Sequence record: PP488543.1
DNA: 64,000 nt
Reading direction: 5' to 3' (one strand)
DNA from: Escherichia phage BP9
A model generated the notes under the pieces. The model searched no databases, was not told where the DNA came from, and worked only from the letters and a program-made list of their open reading frames with translations. Position 1 is the first letter of the stretch. Every line of letters begins with the position of its first letter. Shown one piece after another: positions 53,823 through 63,552 of the stretch. Position numbers and translations under genes: made by a program.

Positions 53823-56800
53823 ATGGCTGATATTAAAGTTGTCAGAATTGAATCTCTTCCTGCCACTACCGCAGTGACAGAGGATGATTACCTGGTTGTT
53901 CAACAACCAGACCTGACCCGTCGTGTAAAAATTGGCGATGTTGTCCATGTTGATGGGACTGTTTCTCATGTAATCTCCTTTAAGGAAGGTGGTAAGTTAA
54001 ACGGCCCAATGGATTTTGCCTACTTCGAAGAGGAAGACCTCTACCTGCGTTGGAAAGGCGAATTTCCGCACACTGTTCCTGCACTATCTTCACCGTACTC
54101 CGATGGCGGGATTACTGACGCTGCATGGATGGTATATACTGACCCGTCCTTAAGGGAGGAGCTGGAATCTACCATTGGCGCATCCATGATCATGACAGCC
54201 GAAGGGCAGTCTGTCCAGGATGTAATGGATGTTACTGTTCAGACAGCTAACGATGCCAAAGCACTTGCACAGCGTGTAGATTTTGGTACAGTGCACACTG
54301 TAGGCGATGTTATTCACCTTGATAACTTTGTTGGCCCTGCAGTTATTGAAGAGGGAAGAACTACCAACTACCCTTCTGTAGCAGCTGGTGAAAAATTTCT
54401 GAACGGTGTGGTATCTCGTCGTGATACTACAACTGTTGATGGTATTTTCCGTGGCGCTACCTCCGGAGCAATGTATACCATTGCAGTAACCAACGGTGTA
54501 GCAACAACAAAAAGAATAGCACTTCGTGATGAATTTAAACGCCTGGAGGCAAACAACCAAACAAGAACAATTATCCGTGCTGGAGATGATTTAAACACGG
54601 CAGGGTACTTGCAGCTTGATGCAACAGGCCGTTGGGGTATGTGGAACCAACAAACAGCTTCTTGGCAGCCTCTTGCTATAGAGCAGGGCGGCACAGGGGC
54701 TAGAGATGCCGCTGGAATCCGTACCAATATCGGTGCTTTCTATAAGCAACGTGCAGCCCTTGAGCCAAATTTCAATATCAATAACTTGACTGGTAATCAG
54801 GATGGTATATACTACCAGCCGATGACTGCTTATGCAACTGAGGCAAATGGTTATCCTGCAGGTTCTGGTGCTGGTCACTTGATTGTTTGGCAGAACAATG
54901 CTAACGGTGGTACAGGTTGTCGTCAGGAATACTATCCATTCTCCAACGTAGATGTTTGGTATTTGAGAACCTATCAGGCCAACACAAATCAGTGGACTGC
55001 ATGGCAGCCGATGGTCAGACCTCGTAACGATGATACCTTTAGAGCGCACATCGGTCTCGGGTCTAGAAACTCCCCTACCTTCGGGCACCTTTACCTGTCT
55101 CAAAGCTCTGCGGATGTTAAGTCAGCATCAGGTATTGTTAACGGAGACAAATACAACGCTGACGGTGTCCTTGAGCATGGGTATAGGATCTACTCTGAGG
55201 TAAGGAACGACAATAAGGCTTGGTTGACAATCCACCTGCACAAAGGTGCAAAAGGATCTGAAACTCATAGATATTTAGGCTTCCGTGAGGATGGGGTCTT
55301 AGATTGTCCTAAATATATGCAGGTTGGTGATCTGAACGGTCAGATGGCAAACTGGGGACTTGGAGAATGGATCCGCAGTTCAGGAGCAGAAAGAGGTTTC
55401 TGGGGATCTAAGAAAGCCGCCAAGATGGTCATCTGGGATGGCGGTATGGACGAGCAAGGTGAAGGAACGCTTGAGTGGGGTGTTTATAACAACCGGAAAG
55501 CCAAATGGGAACCACTACCGATAGCTTGTGGTGGTACCAGTGCCAGGACTGTAGGGGATGCTCAAGCACAATTCAGAATCCCTCTGGCAGCAGGTACTAG
55601 ACCATATGTAAACCTGCCTAGAACTGCAGCTATGCAGGACGGTAAGTATTATCCTATTATCGTCAGAACTGACCCCAACTTTGCAGCAACTATCGGGACA
55701 GATTTAACCATTGTCACCAGATCTTCTTCTGGCGGCGACCCAATGAACTGTGCTACACTACAGTGTCACTACAGAATTGGTGGCTGGACAGACAGAGGTG
55801 ATTCTTTCCAAGGGGTTATTAATTTCTACCAAAACGAGAAAGCAATCCTCGGATGTGTATCTCCAACCAGAGGTAAGCAGGAGTATGTTGCATTCTATGT
55901 AGAGGCACGTGCATTCCCTGTTACAGTATATGCTGGCGCTACTGTAATAGAAGTGTCAACCAGGGAGGTTGATTGGCAGGTAGGCAACGTGGAAGGTAAC
56001 CAAGATGGTGTCAAGTTCTGTGCTCCTCTGGCATCTGCAGATTTGAGTCTTGCAATCAAAGGTGATGATGTAACAAACACTAGACCTCTGGTTGAGTTCA
56101 AAGGGACATCAGGTTTCTACACTGGTGGTGGAACTATGTGGCACTACCTGGGAACTCCTGAACGCTATGCAGTGATGAGCAAAATGAACATGCCTAAAGT
56201 CGAGCTTTGGGCAGACGGTATTGACTACATTTGTCCTGGTAGTCAGACCACTAGAAAAGCACTGTTCTCTAACGCAGGGTTCCAAGCTGCATCGGAAGGA
56301 ACAGAGGATCTGATCAACAACACCTTTACCTCTAAATGTGGTAATGGTGCAAGACTACAAGGCCAGGCAGAGTTCAGATCTACTCCAGAGGCTGGTCAAG
56401 TTATTGTTCGTGATGTTGTAGGCACAGCTCATAGATTCTATAACTTCAACAAAGATGGCACTTTCTCAGCCCCTGGTGGTTTTGTATGTCATACTGGTGC
56501 AGACTGGAACAACCAGTTTGGGCCTAACAACCCTTCTAAAATAATGGCAGGCAATGTCAACGGACCTGAAGGATCGATGGTTGTTGGTGGGTTGTCTGTG
56601 GCGTTTTCTGGAAACTATGCCTTCCAAATGGCTGGTCGCCTTGATCAGTTATACACCAGATCTATCGAGGGTGGTAACCATAGGGCATGGAACAAAGTTA
56701 TTCAGCACCGTGGTCAAGGTCTGGGGACAGAAGACCTTAATGACTACGATGGTAGCCGTGAAGGTTTCTATCACCAGGGTTCAAACGCTGACGCACTTGT

Positions 56801-57635
56801 AATAGCTCGTCACTACCCTGCTCCGTACGCTGGTACGCTGCTTGTTTACAAAAACACAGCCAACAGACCGCAAGGTTGTGTGCAGGAATACATTACCTAT
56901 TTTGGTGACAGATATACTCGTGCTGGTAACTACGTTGGCGATGTCTTTACTTGGGAAGAATGGAGACACGATGCTGGTAAGGGCATTCAGTTAAGACCTA
57001 ATTACACTTTCGGTGAAAACAGTACTCAGCTGGAAATTCATGTTGGTGCTAATGGTCTTCCATCCAACGCCGATAACTTACCTACCAACAATGCTATACT
57101 CCATTATTGGGGTAACGGCAGTGCAGGGACTCGTCCAAACGTGTTAGAGTTTAAGGTTCTTGACGAGTCTCAATCGGCTTATGTATGGCATTGCGGTACC
57201 TTGCCGGATAAATCAAGATATCTTTCTGTAAACGGTGCTGTGAATTGCACATCTGTCAATCAGAGTTCTGACAGAGATCTGAAAGATAACATAGCTGTTA
57301 TTCCTGATGCGTTAGAAGCTATCCGGAAGATGAGGGGTTATACTTACACTCTTAAAGAGAACGGTATGCCTTATGCAGGTGTTATAGCACAAGAAGTTCT
57401 TGAAGCGCTGCCGGAAGCAGTTAGCTCTTTCGTGCAAAGAAAGGAAATCCCAAACCCTGATCAGGATGGAACTCCTTTAATAACAGAGGAAAGATTCTAC
57501 AGCGTGGATTACGCAGCTGTAACAGGCTTGCTTGTCCAGGTTTGCAGGGAACAGGATGATAAAATAACCGCCCTTGAGGAGCAGGTTAAAAAATTGACAG
57601 AGGTTGTTACTGGGTTGCAAGAGAAACTGAAGTAA
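53823..57635 (+). CDS. tail fiber protein with C-terminal intramolecular chaperone domain
   Basis: 1270 aa; C-terminal SSDRDLKDNIAVIPDALEAIRKMRGYTYTLKENG matches S74-type auto-cleaving chaperone domains. Confidence 0.8.
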   Translation: MADIKVVRIESLPATTAVTEDDYLVVQQPDLTRRVKIGDVVHVDGTVSHVISFKEGGKLNGPMDFAYFEEEDLYLRWKGEFPHTVPALSSPYSDGGITDAAWMVYTDPSLREELESTIGASMIMTAEGQSVQDVMDVTVQTANDAKALAQRVDFGTVHTVGDVIHLDNFVGPAVIEEGRTTNYPSVAAGEKFLNGVVSRRDTTTVDGIFRGATSGAMYTIAVTNGVATTKRIALRDEFKRLEANNQTRTIIRAGDDLNTAGYLQLDATGRWGMWNQQTASWQPLAIEQGGTGARDAAGIRTNIGAFYKQRAALEPNFNINNLTGNQDGIYYQPMTAYATEANGYPAGSGAGHLIVWQNNANGGTGCRQEYYPFSNVDVWYLRTYQANTNQWTAWQPMVRPRNDDTFRAHIGLGSRNSPTFGHLYLSQSSADVKSASGIVNGDKYNADGVLEHGYRIYSEVRNDNKAWLTIHLHKGAKGSETHRYLGFREDGVLDCPKYMQVGDLNGQMANWGLGEWIRSSGAERGFWGSKKAAKMVIWDGGMDEQGEGTLEWGVYNNRKAKWEPLPIACGGTSARTVGDAQAQFRIPLAAGTRPYVNLPRTAAMQDGKYYPIIVRTDPNFAATIGTDLTIVTRSSSGGDPMNCATLQCHYRIGGWTDRGDSFQGVINFYQNEKAILGCVSPTRGKQEYVAFYVEARAFPVTVYAGATVIEVSTREVDWQVGNVEGNQDGVKFCAPLASADLSLAIKGDDVTNTRPLVEFKGTSGFYTGGGTMWHYLGTPERYAVMSKMNMPKVELWADGIDYICPGSQTTRKALFSNAGFQAASEGTEDLINNTFTSKCGNGARLQGQAEFRSTPEAGQVIVRDVVGTAHRFYNFNKDGTFSAPGGFVCHTGADWNNQFGPNNPSKIMAGNVNGPEGSMVVGGLSVAFSGNYAFQMAGRLDQLYTRSIEGGNHRAWNKVIQHRGQGLGTEDLNDYDGSREGFYHQGSNADALVIARHYPAPYAGTLLVYKNTANRPQGCVQEYITYFGDRYTRAGNYVGDVFTWEEWRHDAGKGIQLRPNYTFGENSTQLEIHVGANGLPSNADNLPTNNAILHYWGNGSAGTRPNVLEFKVLDESQSAYVWHCGTLPDKSRYLSVNGAVNCTSVNQSSDRDLKDNIAVIPDALEAIRKMRGYTYTLKENGMPYAGVIAQEVLEALPEAVSSFVQRKEIPNPDQDGTPLITEERFYSVDYAAVTGLLVQVCREQDDKITALEEQVKKLTEVVTGLQEKLK

Positions 57636-57642
57636 CTGTTTT

Positions 57643-57667
57643 GCCCCCGCTTCGGCGGGGGCTTTTT
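57643..57667 (+). terminator. rho-independent terminator after tail fiber gene
   Basis: GCCCCCGC-TTCG-GCGGGGGC followed by TTTTT. Confidence 0.8.
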
Positions 57668-57674
57668 GTTTGTA

Positions 57675-57703
57675 TTGCGTATTAACTCAAAATCTGGTAA
57701 AAT
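57675..57703 (+). promoter_or_regulatory. extended -10 promoter candidate
   Basis: TGGTAAAATA at 57695-57704 with weak -35 TTGCGT 17 nt upstream; 30 nt before ATG 57735. Confidence 0.45.
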
Positions 57704-57734
57704 AACTATCATGATTGTTTAACCGGGAGGCACA

Positions 57735-58325
57735 ATGTTTTTATGGGAAAGGCCTAGATACCTTCCAGATATTAGATTGGAGCTGCTGGCAGATATTGTT
57801 ACGTTTAAAAGTCCGTTTACAGGTAAAACGCAAAAAGTAACCTATGCCACACCTAACTGGAAAGGCACTTTGACGGTTTCCAATATCAGCGAGTCACAGT
57901 TGCTAGAGCTTAAGAGCTTTGTTGATCAGGTGTATAAAGATGGAAACATCTTTCTTATTAAAACTTACGGTCACTCAGTAACAGCTAATGAGCCAATCGC
58001 CCTCGGGCCTACTGGTAACGATGATTTTTTGAGGACGGTTGGGTGGGAGCCAAACAGAGACATAGCCAGAGCTGGGGATAAAATATCTGTCAATGATGAA
58101 TTGAAAGTGGTAACAGCTCCAGTGCGTAGCGATGGTGTTGGGTCTGCTGTTATAAGCATATCTCCAAGACTTAGAAAACCTATTGCCGCAGGGGACACTA
58201 TGAAGATAATAACTCAATCCCCGAAGGGTAGGTTTCATATCAGAGATATTTATAAAATTAAGCAAAAAGTCGATGCTATGCAAAAAGGGGATAATATAGT
58301 TATCAACTTCTTTGAGGATTTCTAA
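57735..58325 (+). CDS. hypothetical tail protein
   Basis: 196 aa. Confidence 0.45.
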   Translation: MFLWERPRYLPDIRLELLADIVTFKSPFTGKTQKVTYATPNWKGTLTVSNISESQLLELKSFVDQVYKDGNIFLIKTYGHSVTANEPIALGPTGNDDFLRTVGWEPNRDIARAGDKISVNDELKVVTAPVRSDGVGSAVISISPRLRKPIAAGDTMKIITQSPKGRFHIRDIYKIKQKVDAMQKGDNIVINFFEDF

Positions 58326-58430
58326 GATGATCAGAGCGCCATTAGATAATTTATTTCTTGAAAGCTGGAGCTTGATGGTGTTGAGATCTTAATTGCTGCA
58401 AAGCTGGAGCTACCGACAGGAACTGTCAGG

Positions 58431-58877
58431 GTGTGCTCAGGCACTGGTGTTGTAGTAATTGAGGGGCAACATTTTATAGGGATAGGTGGGTCAGCAACAT
58501 TAACCGCTGTGTCTGAGAAAGATGCCACCAACTTCGGATCTGTGGTAGCGACATTGAACGGGTTTGATCCTAAGTATGTGGGTGATCTGCTGAAGACGGA
58601 GTATTCTGGTTGTCGTGCCACGTTGTACATTACCGCTATGGAGAATGGTCTGCCTGTTACAACTAATGGCTTGTTTGACGGCCTTATAACAGATATGGCT
58701 ATTCAGACGGGTGAGAATAGCGCTTTGTCCATATCCATCTCTTCCATCTTCAACAGTTGGTTAAGAGGTTTTCCTTATCGGTACACGGAGGAAAGCCACA
58801 GCTCAAGAAACGATAACGACAGATTTTTTAAATATGTGGATCAGGTGGCGAGCCGCCCGATCATTTGGGAGGTTTAA
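58431..58877 (+). CDS. hypothetical tail protein
   Basis: GTG start; preceded by 105-nt gap containing a 12-nt direct repeat. Confidence 0.4.
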   Translation: MCSGTGVVVIEGQHFIGIGGSATLTAVSEKDATNFGSVVATLNGFDPKYVGDLLKTEYSGCRATLYITAMENGLPVTTNGLFDGLITDMAIQTGENSALSISISSIFNSWLRGFPYRYTEESHSSRNDNDRFFKYVDQVASRPIIWEV

Positions 58878-59302
58878 TGAGCACACATCCTCGTCTAGTG
58901 GACTGGCAAGAAAGATTGTGGAAAGTGTTTGACGAAGAGGCCACCATACCTTTTGAATGGGGATTCCACGATTGTTGCACCTTTGCAGCTAAGTGTGTTG
59001 ATGCCCAATACGGAACAGATTTTCTTTCTAACTTCGAAGGAACGTATAAAACAGAGTTGGAAAGCAAAAGATGGTGCATGCTCCGTTTCAAAACCACACA
59101 CCTGCCTACTATTTTTGATCTCTTTATGACTCGGCTGGATACTCCTAAACAGGTTCAGCGTGGAGATATTGTCATTTTCGAAGGTCTGAACGGCCTCACC
59201 GCTGGTGTGTTCTGGAACAACCAGATTTGGGCGAAAGGTGATAAAGGGGTCTTTATGTTCGATATGAAAGATTCTATCGTTGTTGATGTCTGGAGGTATT
59301 AA
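58877..59302 (+). CDS. hypothetical tail-associated protein with Cys-His motif (possible NlpC/P60-like)
   Basis: ATG 58877 with GGGAGG SD (track starts at 58865); GFHDCCTF and GDIVIF segments; tentative. Confidence 0.35.
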   Translation: MSTHPRLVDWQERLWKVFDEEATIPFEWGFHDCCTFAAKCVDAQYGTDFLSNFEGTYKTELESKRWCMLRFKTTHLPTIFDLFMTRLDTPKQVQRGDIVIFEGLNGLTAGVFWNNQIWAKGDKGVFMFDMKDSIVVDVWRY

Positions 59303-62300
59303 TGCCAATTGCAATGATTGATAACATCGTTGCTTCTGCAAGATCTTCAAGTTATGACTGGAACGCATCCAAGGCAGCTCTGGCTGACAGCCTGAACACT
59401 GTTACCACCAGAACTCTGGATAAGATTTTTGAGGGTAACAAATCTTACAGAAGTCAGCAAGATAGACAAAAGCTTCTCAGATCTTCTGCTGCACCCTGCT
59501 CTGTAGTGTATGGAAAGACACGCACATCTGGATTGCTTGCGTTTTTGGAGCAGGATAGAGACAAAACCCTCCATTGTGCTATTGTTCTTGCCAATCACCC
59601 TCTGGAAGGTATAGAAGATATACTTATCGATGGTAATCCTATTTCCTCGTATGGAGATTTGGTATCGTGGGAGTTACATAACGACAGAAAAACGGCTGAT
59701 CCTTTCATGGGGACACACTGCCCATCGTGGTCACCAGACATGATAGGTAGAGGGATCAGTTGGCTACGTGCCAGCTTCAAGTTCGACCCTAACAAGTTTC
59801 CTTTTGGGTTGCCAAACGTTACACTCGTTAAGGTTGGTAAAAAATGCTATGATCCTCGTATCAGTAAAGAGGTGTACACCAATAACGCATCCTTGGTGAT
59901 CCTGGACTATTTAAGAACGTACCTTAAATGTCCTGACGAAACCATCAACTGGGAGTCCTTTAAGGAGGCTGCCAACATATGCGACGAGGCGGTAAAAAAC
60001 GCTGACGGAACCAGTGAGCGACGTTACACCATTAACGGTGAGTTTGACATGGATGAGGCCCCAGCAAGTATTATGGCAGAAATGCTGAAAGCTTGCGGTG
60101 CAGACCTTAGTTATGTTGCTGGTAAGTATGGTTTGCTGGTTGGTGCATACTATGGTCCGGCAACAATGACATTGAGTGAGGACTGTGTCTGTGGTGAGGT
60201 TAAGATCTATCCGGAAGCCTCATTTGACAAAAGATCTAACACAATAACTGGCAGATTCACTAGTCCGACCAAAGGGTATTCTGAAACAGATTTCCCATCA
60301 GTGTTTGTCCCAGAGTGGATAGAGAAGGATGGAGAAAGAAAGATAATCGATATAGACTATCGCTTTGTTACCAGTCCTTATCAAGCTCAACGTGTTTCTG
60401 CAATCTTCTTAAGACGTGCTAGAGCTGGCAGGATTATTGAAGTCACCTGCAATATGCGAGGTTTTAAATTTAAGCCTGGCCGTTACGTTACAATGAATCT
60501 CCCAAGTATTGGTATAGTAGGCCAAGAAATGAGGGTTCTTGAATGGGAGTTCACCAAAAAGGGTGGTGTCAAGGTAAAACTTCGTCAAGATGCTAAAGAG
60601 TGGAATGATGCCACAGGGCAACTTCCGGATTCTGGTGATGTAGATATTCCGATATCTCCATCTGGTGTAGCTCAACCGCAAAACTTCAGATACTCCGTCC
60701 TCCAAGCTGGGGAAATAACTCACGGTGTTCTGGCTTGGGACAACGTTGGGACTTACGCTCAAAATATTGTGCAGGTAAGAAAGAACGGAGAGATTGTTTG
60801 GACAGCACAGACAGTTGAGCAGTTTGTCCGAGTAGAAGGCTTGACCAAAGGGTCATACACAGCAACCGTGGTTGCAACATCTTATAAAGGTGGTGTATCT
60901 CCAGAAGCGTACTGCGAGTTTAACATTCAGGCACCTGAAGCTCCTGTTTCTGTAGAGGTTAAGCAGGGATACTTTGCTATCACCTTGATTCCACACAGCA
61001 GGGATTTAGCAAGTGTAAGCACCCAGTATGACTTTTGGACATCTGGTATGACAAGGTTGCCCGACACCAGCGATGCAACCGTTACTTCAAACGCCACCCG
61101 TATGGGTGTTGGTTCAACTTGGACATCCGAAGGTCTGCAGAACGATAAGGTTTATTATTGGTATATTCGAACCACAAACGCTTTTGGTAGCTCTCAGTTT
61201 GTAGAGTGTGCTGCACGCTGCTATACCTCCATTGAGGATTTGATGCCTCAGATAGATGCTGAATTCAAAAAGACAGAAACTTATAAAGAGTTGATGAGCA
61301 CTTTGGATTCCTCTATTGAAGAGGTTGAAAATCGTGTCACAGAACTTAACAGGTACATGGATGGTAGAGTTGACGAGGCTTTTGACCACATGGAAGGTGA
61401 GTTCTCTAGAGTAGACAAGCTGTATGCTCAGTTGGGAGATAGGGTTGGAATATTCATCCAAGAAACCCACGACAACTTCCAGGACGTTAATGGAACGCTT
61501 ACCACTCTAGATCAGAAACTGGTAGCCACTCAGAACAAGTTTGCAGATGATCTTTCTAAAGAAAGTGGCAAGCTTGCTTCTCTAATCCAGACCACTAACA
61601 AAGCTACAACCGATCTGTTAAATCAGAAAACTGAAGCTTTGGACGAGAAGATTGTTTCAACCAGGGGTGAGTTGGAAGATGCTTTAGCGCAGGAAAGCTC
61701 TGAGCTGAACTCCCTGATTGTATCAACCAATAAAACGACTACAGATCTCCTTAATCGGAAAACCGAGGCTTTAGACAATAAGCTGACGGCAACGAAAGGT
61801 GAGTTGACCAACAATCTGCAGAATGAGAGTGCTAAACTATCGTCCTTGATTGAGTCAACCAACAAATCCACCACTGATCTTCTTAATAAGAAAACAGAGG
61901 CGTTGGATGAAAAACTGGTTGCTGCACAGGGCGAGTTGACTGAGCAGATCGGAGATGTTGAAAAAGGCTATCTGGCTGGTGATAAGAGCCTAGAGGGCAA
62001 GTTGAATACTCAAAGATCTGAGTTGGATGCGAGCATTCTGAGCACTAACCAGGCCACTGTGGACTTGCTGAACAGAACTTCTGAGACTCTTGACCAGAAG
62101 ATTAGCCAGACCAACGCCACAGTGTCCAAAAACTACACCACGCTTGATGGTAAGATAAACACCGCCAAGTCTGATCTTAATACGTTGATTTCTACCACCA
62201 ACAAGGCCACAACTGACCTGTTGAATCAGAAAACGGCAGCTTTGACTGAGCAGTTAACCACTGCTAAAGGGCAGATTACAACCAACACCAATAATATTAC

Positions 62301-63447
62301 TGGGTTGGACAATAAGCTGACTCAGACGAAGAAAGACTTGTCTGCGAATATTTCTGAAACTAATAACGCCACTGTTGATCTGATTAACGGCACAGCGTCA
62401 GCTATTCGTCAAGAACTTGCTGTTGCTAAGCAGGAGATCATTGATGGTGTTGGCGATGTGTCCGAGATCAGGGCTGCAGTAGCTACAACAGCTAAGGCTG
62501 TGACCGACTTAGAGGGTAAAGTAAATGCTCAGTGGGGTACAAAAATACAGGTAGACTCCGCAGGGAATAAATATGTTGCAGGTATCCAGTTGGGGATGGA
62601 AGGGTCTGGGGGCCAAGTTCAATCCTACTTCATGGTTAGTGCAAACAATTTTGCGGTATACAATCCTGGCAATGGAACAGCAACCCTTGCTTTCGCAATC
62701 AAGAACAACCAAGCGTTCTTGAAAGACGCTTTTATAGAGAATGGCACGATCTCCTCTGCCAAGATCGCACAAGAAATTTCGTCAAACAACTACGATGGCA
62801 ACGGGTACCATAAATACGGTTGGTATATTAACAAGAACGGGCACGCCCAATTTATGGATGTGTGGGTGAAAGGCAACATCAACGCCAGTTCTGGTAACTT
62901 CACAGGGGCAGTTAACGCCACTAGTGGTACCTTCCGTGGGGATGTTTATGCCAATAATGGTAGCTTTAGAGGCACCATAGATGCAACCGGAGGTACCTTC
63001 CGTGGTCGTGTAGAAGCTTCTGTTATCCGTGCCAACCAGTTCGAAGGTGCAATTGTTGCACACAGGACTTACGGGGATTGTGCTCCAGTATATAACTCTC
63101 AGCAAAGGGTTTGCCGTTGGAGGTGGAGATACGTAGATAACGTTTCAGGTCAGGGTAAGAACGTAACATTCTTCTTTAAACTGAACGGTACTCTTGCCAG
63201 CTCCCAACTGAATGCATGGATAGCTGGTCATCAGATCCTTGCTGGCAAGAAGTATTTTAACGACAACAACGGCATGTGTGCGGTAGGGATAACAGGTCTG
63301 GGTGAACAAACTATAGACATTGTTATCGAGATTTACACACCGTGGTCAACGTCGAGCGTGACAGGTGTCACAATCTCCTGTCCCACTGTGATAGTAAGTC
63401 GTTCAAACTCTAGCTTCCAGGGACCTTGGAACGAGTCTCACGACTAA
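59302..63447 (+). CDS. large distal tail / host-specificity protein with lambda J-like segments and coiled-coil repeat array
   Basis: 1381 aa; GYFAIT...YYWYIRTTNAFGSSQFVE and AQWGTKIQVDSAGNKYVAGIQLG parallel lambda J GYFQIT...YYFYIRSVN...FVE and AMWAVKIE..HYVAGIGL; about six 42-aa tandem repeats. Confidence 0.65.
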   Translation: MPIAMIDNIVASARSSSYDWNASKAALADSLNTVTTRTLDKIFEGNKSYRSQQDRQKLLRSSAAPCSVVYGKTRTSGLLAFLEQDRDKTLHCAIVLANHPLEGIEDILIDGNPISSYGDLVSWELHNDRKTADPFMGTHCPSWSPDMIGRGISWLRASFKFDPNKFPFGLPNVTLVKVGKKCYDPRISKEVYTNNASLVILDYLRTYLKCPDETINWESFKEAANICDEAVKNADGTSERRYTINGEFDMDEAPASIMAEMLKACGADLSYVAGKYGLLVGAYYGPATMTLSEDCVCGEVKIYPEASFDKRSNTITGRFTSPTKGYSETDFPSVFVPEWIEKDGERKIIDIDYRFVTSPYQAQRVSAIFLRRARAGRIIEVTCNMRGFKFKPGRYVTMNLPSIGIVGQEMRVLEWEFTKKGGVKVKLRQDAKEWNDATGQLPDSGDVDIPISPSGVAQPQNFRYSVLQAGEITHGVLAWDNVGTYAQNIVQVRKNGEIVWTAQTVEQFVRVEGLTKGSYTATVVATSYKGGVSPEAYCEFNIQAPEAPVSVEVKQGYFAITLIPHSRDLASVSTQYDFWTSGMTRLPDTSDATVTSNATRMGVGSTWTSEGLQNDKVYYWYIRTTNAFGSSQFVECAARCYTSIEDLMPQIDAEFKKTETYKELMSTLDSSIEEVENRVTELNRYMDGRVDEAFDHMEGEFSRVDKLYAQLGDRVGIFIQETHDNFQDVNGTLTTLDQKLVATQNKFADDLSKESGKLASLIQTTNKATTDLLNQKTEALDEKIVSTRGELEDALAQESSELNSLIVSTNKTTTDLLNRKTEALDNKLTATKGELTNNLQNESAKLSSLIESTNKSTTDLLNKKTEALDEKLVAAQGELTEQIGDVEKGYLAGDKSLEGKLNTQRSELDASILSTNQATVDLLNRTSETLDQKISQTNATVSKNYTTLDGKINTAKSDLNTLISTTNKATTDLLNQKTAALTEQLTTAKGQITTNTNNITGLDNKLTQTKKDLSANISETNNATVDLINGTASAIRQELAVAKQEIIDGVGDVSEIRAAVATTAKAVTDLEGKVNAQWGTKIQVDSAGNKYVAGIQLGMEGSGGQVQSYFMVSANNFAVYNPGNGTATLAFAIKNNQAFLKDAFIENGTISSAKIAQEISSNNYDGNGYHKYGWYINKNGHAQFMDVWVKGNINASSGNFTGAVNATSGTFRGDVYANNGSFRGTIDATGGTFRGRVEASVIRANQFEGAIVAHRTYGDCAPVYNSQQRVCRWRWRYVDNVSGQGKNVTFFFKLNGTLASSQLNAWIAGHQILAGKKYFNDNNGMCAVGITGLGEQTIDIVIEIYTPWSTSSVTGVTISCPTVIVSRSNSSFQGPWNESHD

Positions 63448-63455
63448 CCTTTAAA

Positions 63456-63480
63456 GCCCCGCTTCGGCGGGGTTTATTTT
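63456..63480 (+). terminator. rho-independent terminator
   Basis: AGCCCCGC-TTCG-GCGGGGT followed by TTATTTTTAT. Confidence 0.75.
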
Positions 63481-63490
63481 TATGCTCAGA

Positions 63491-63519
63491 TTGACTATTG
63501 TTACAAAATTTGGTAAAAT
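63491..63519 (+). promoter_or_regulatory. sigma70-like promoter with extended -10
   Basis: TTGACT (63491-63496) N17 TAAAAT within TGGTAAAATA (63511-63520). Confidence 0.6.
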
Positions 63520-63552
63520 ACCTTGTAGAGATTTTCATACCGGAGGAGTGAC

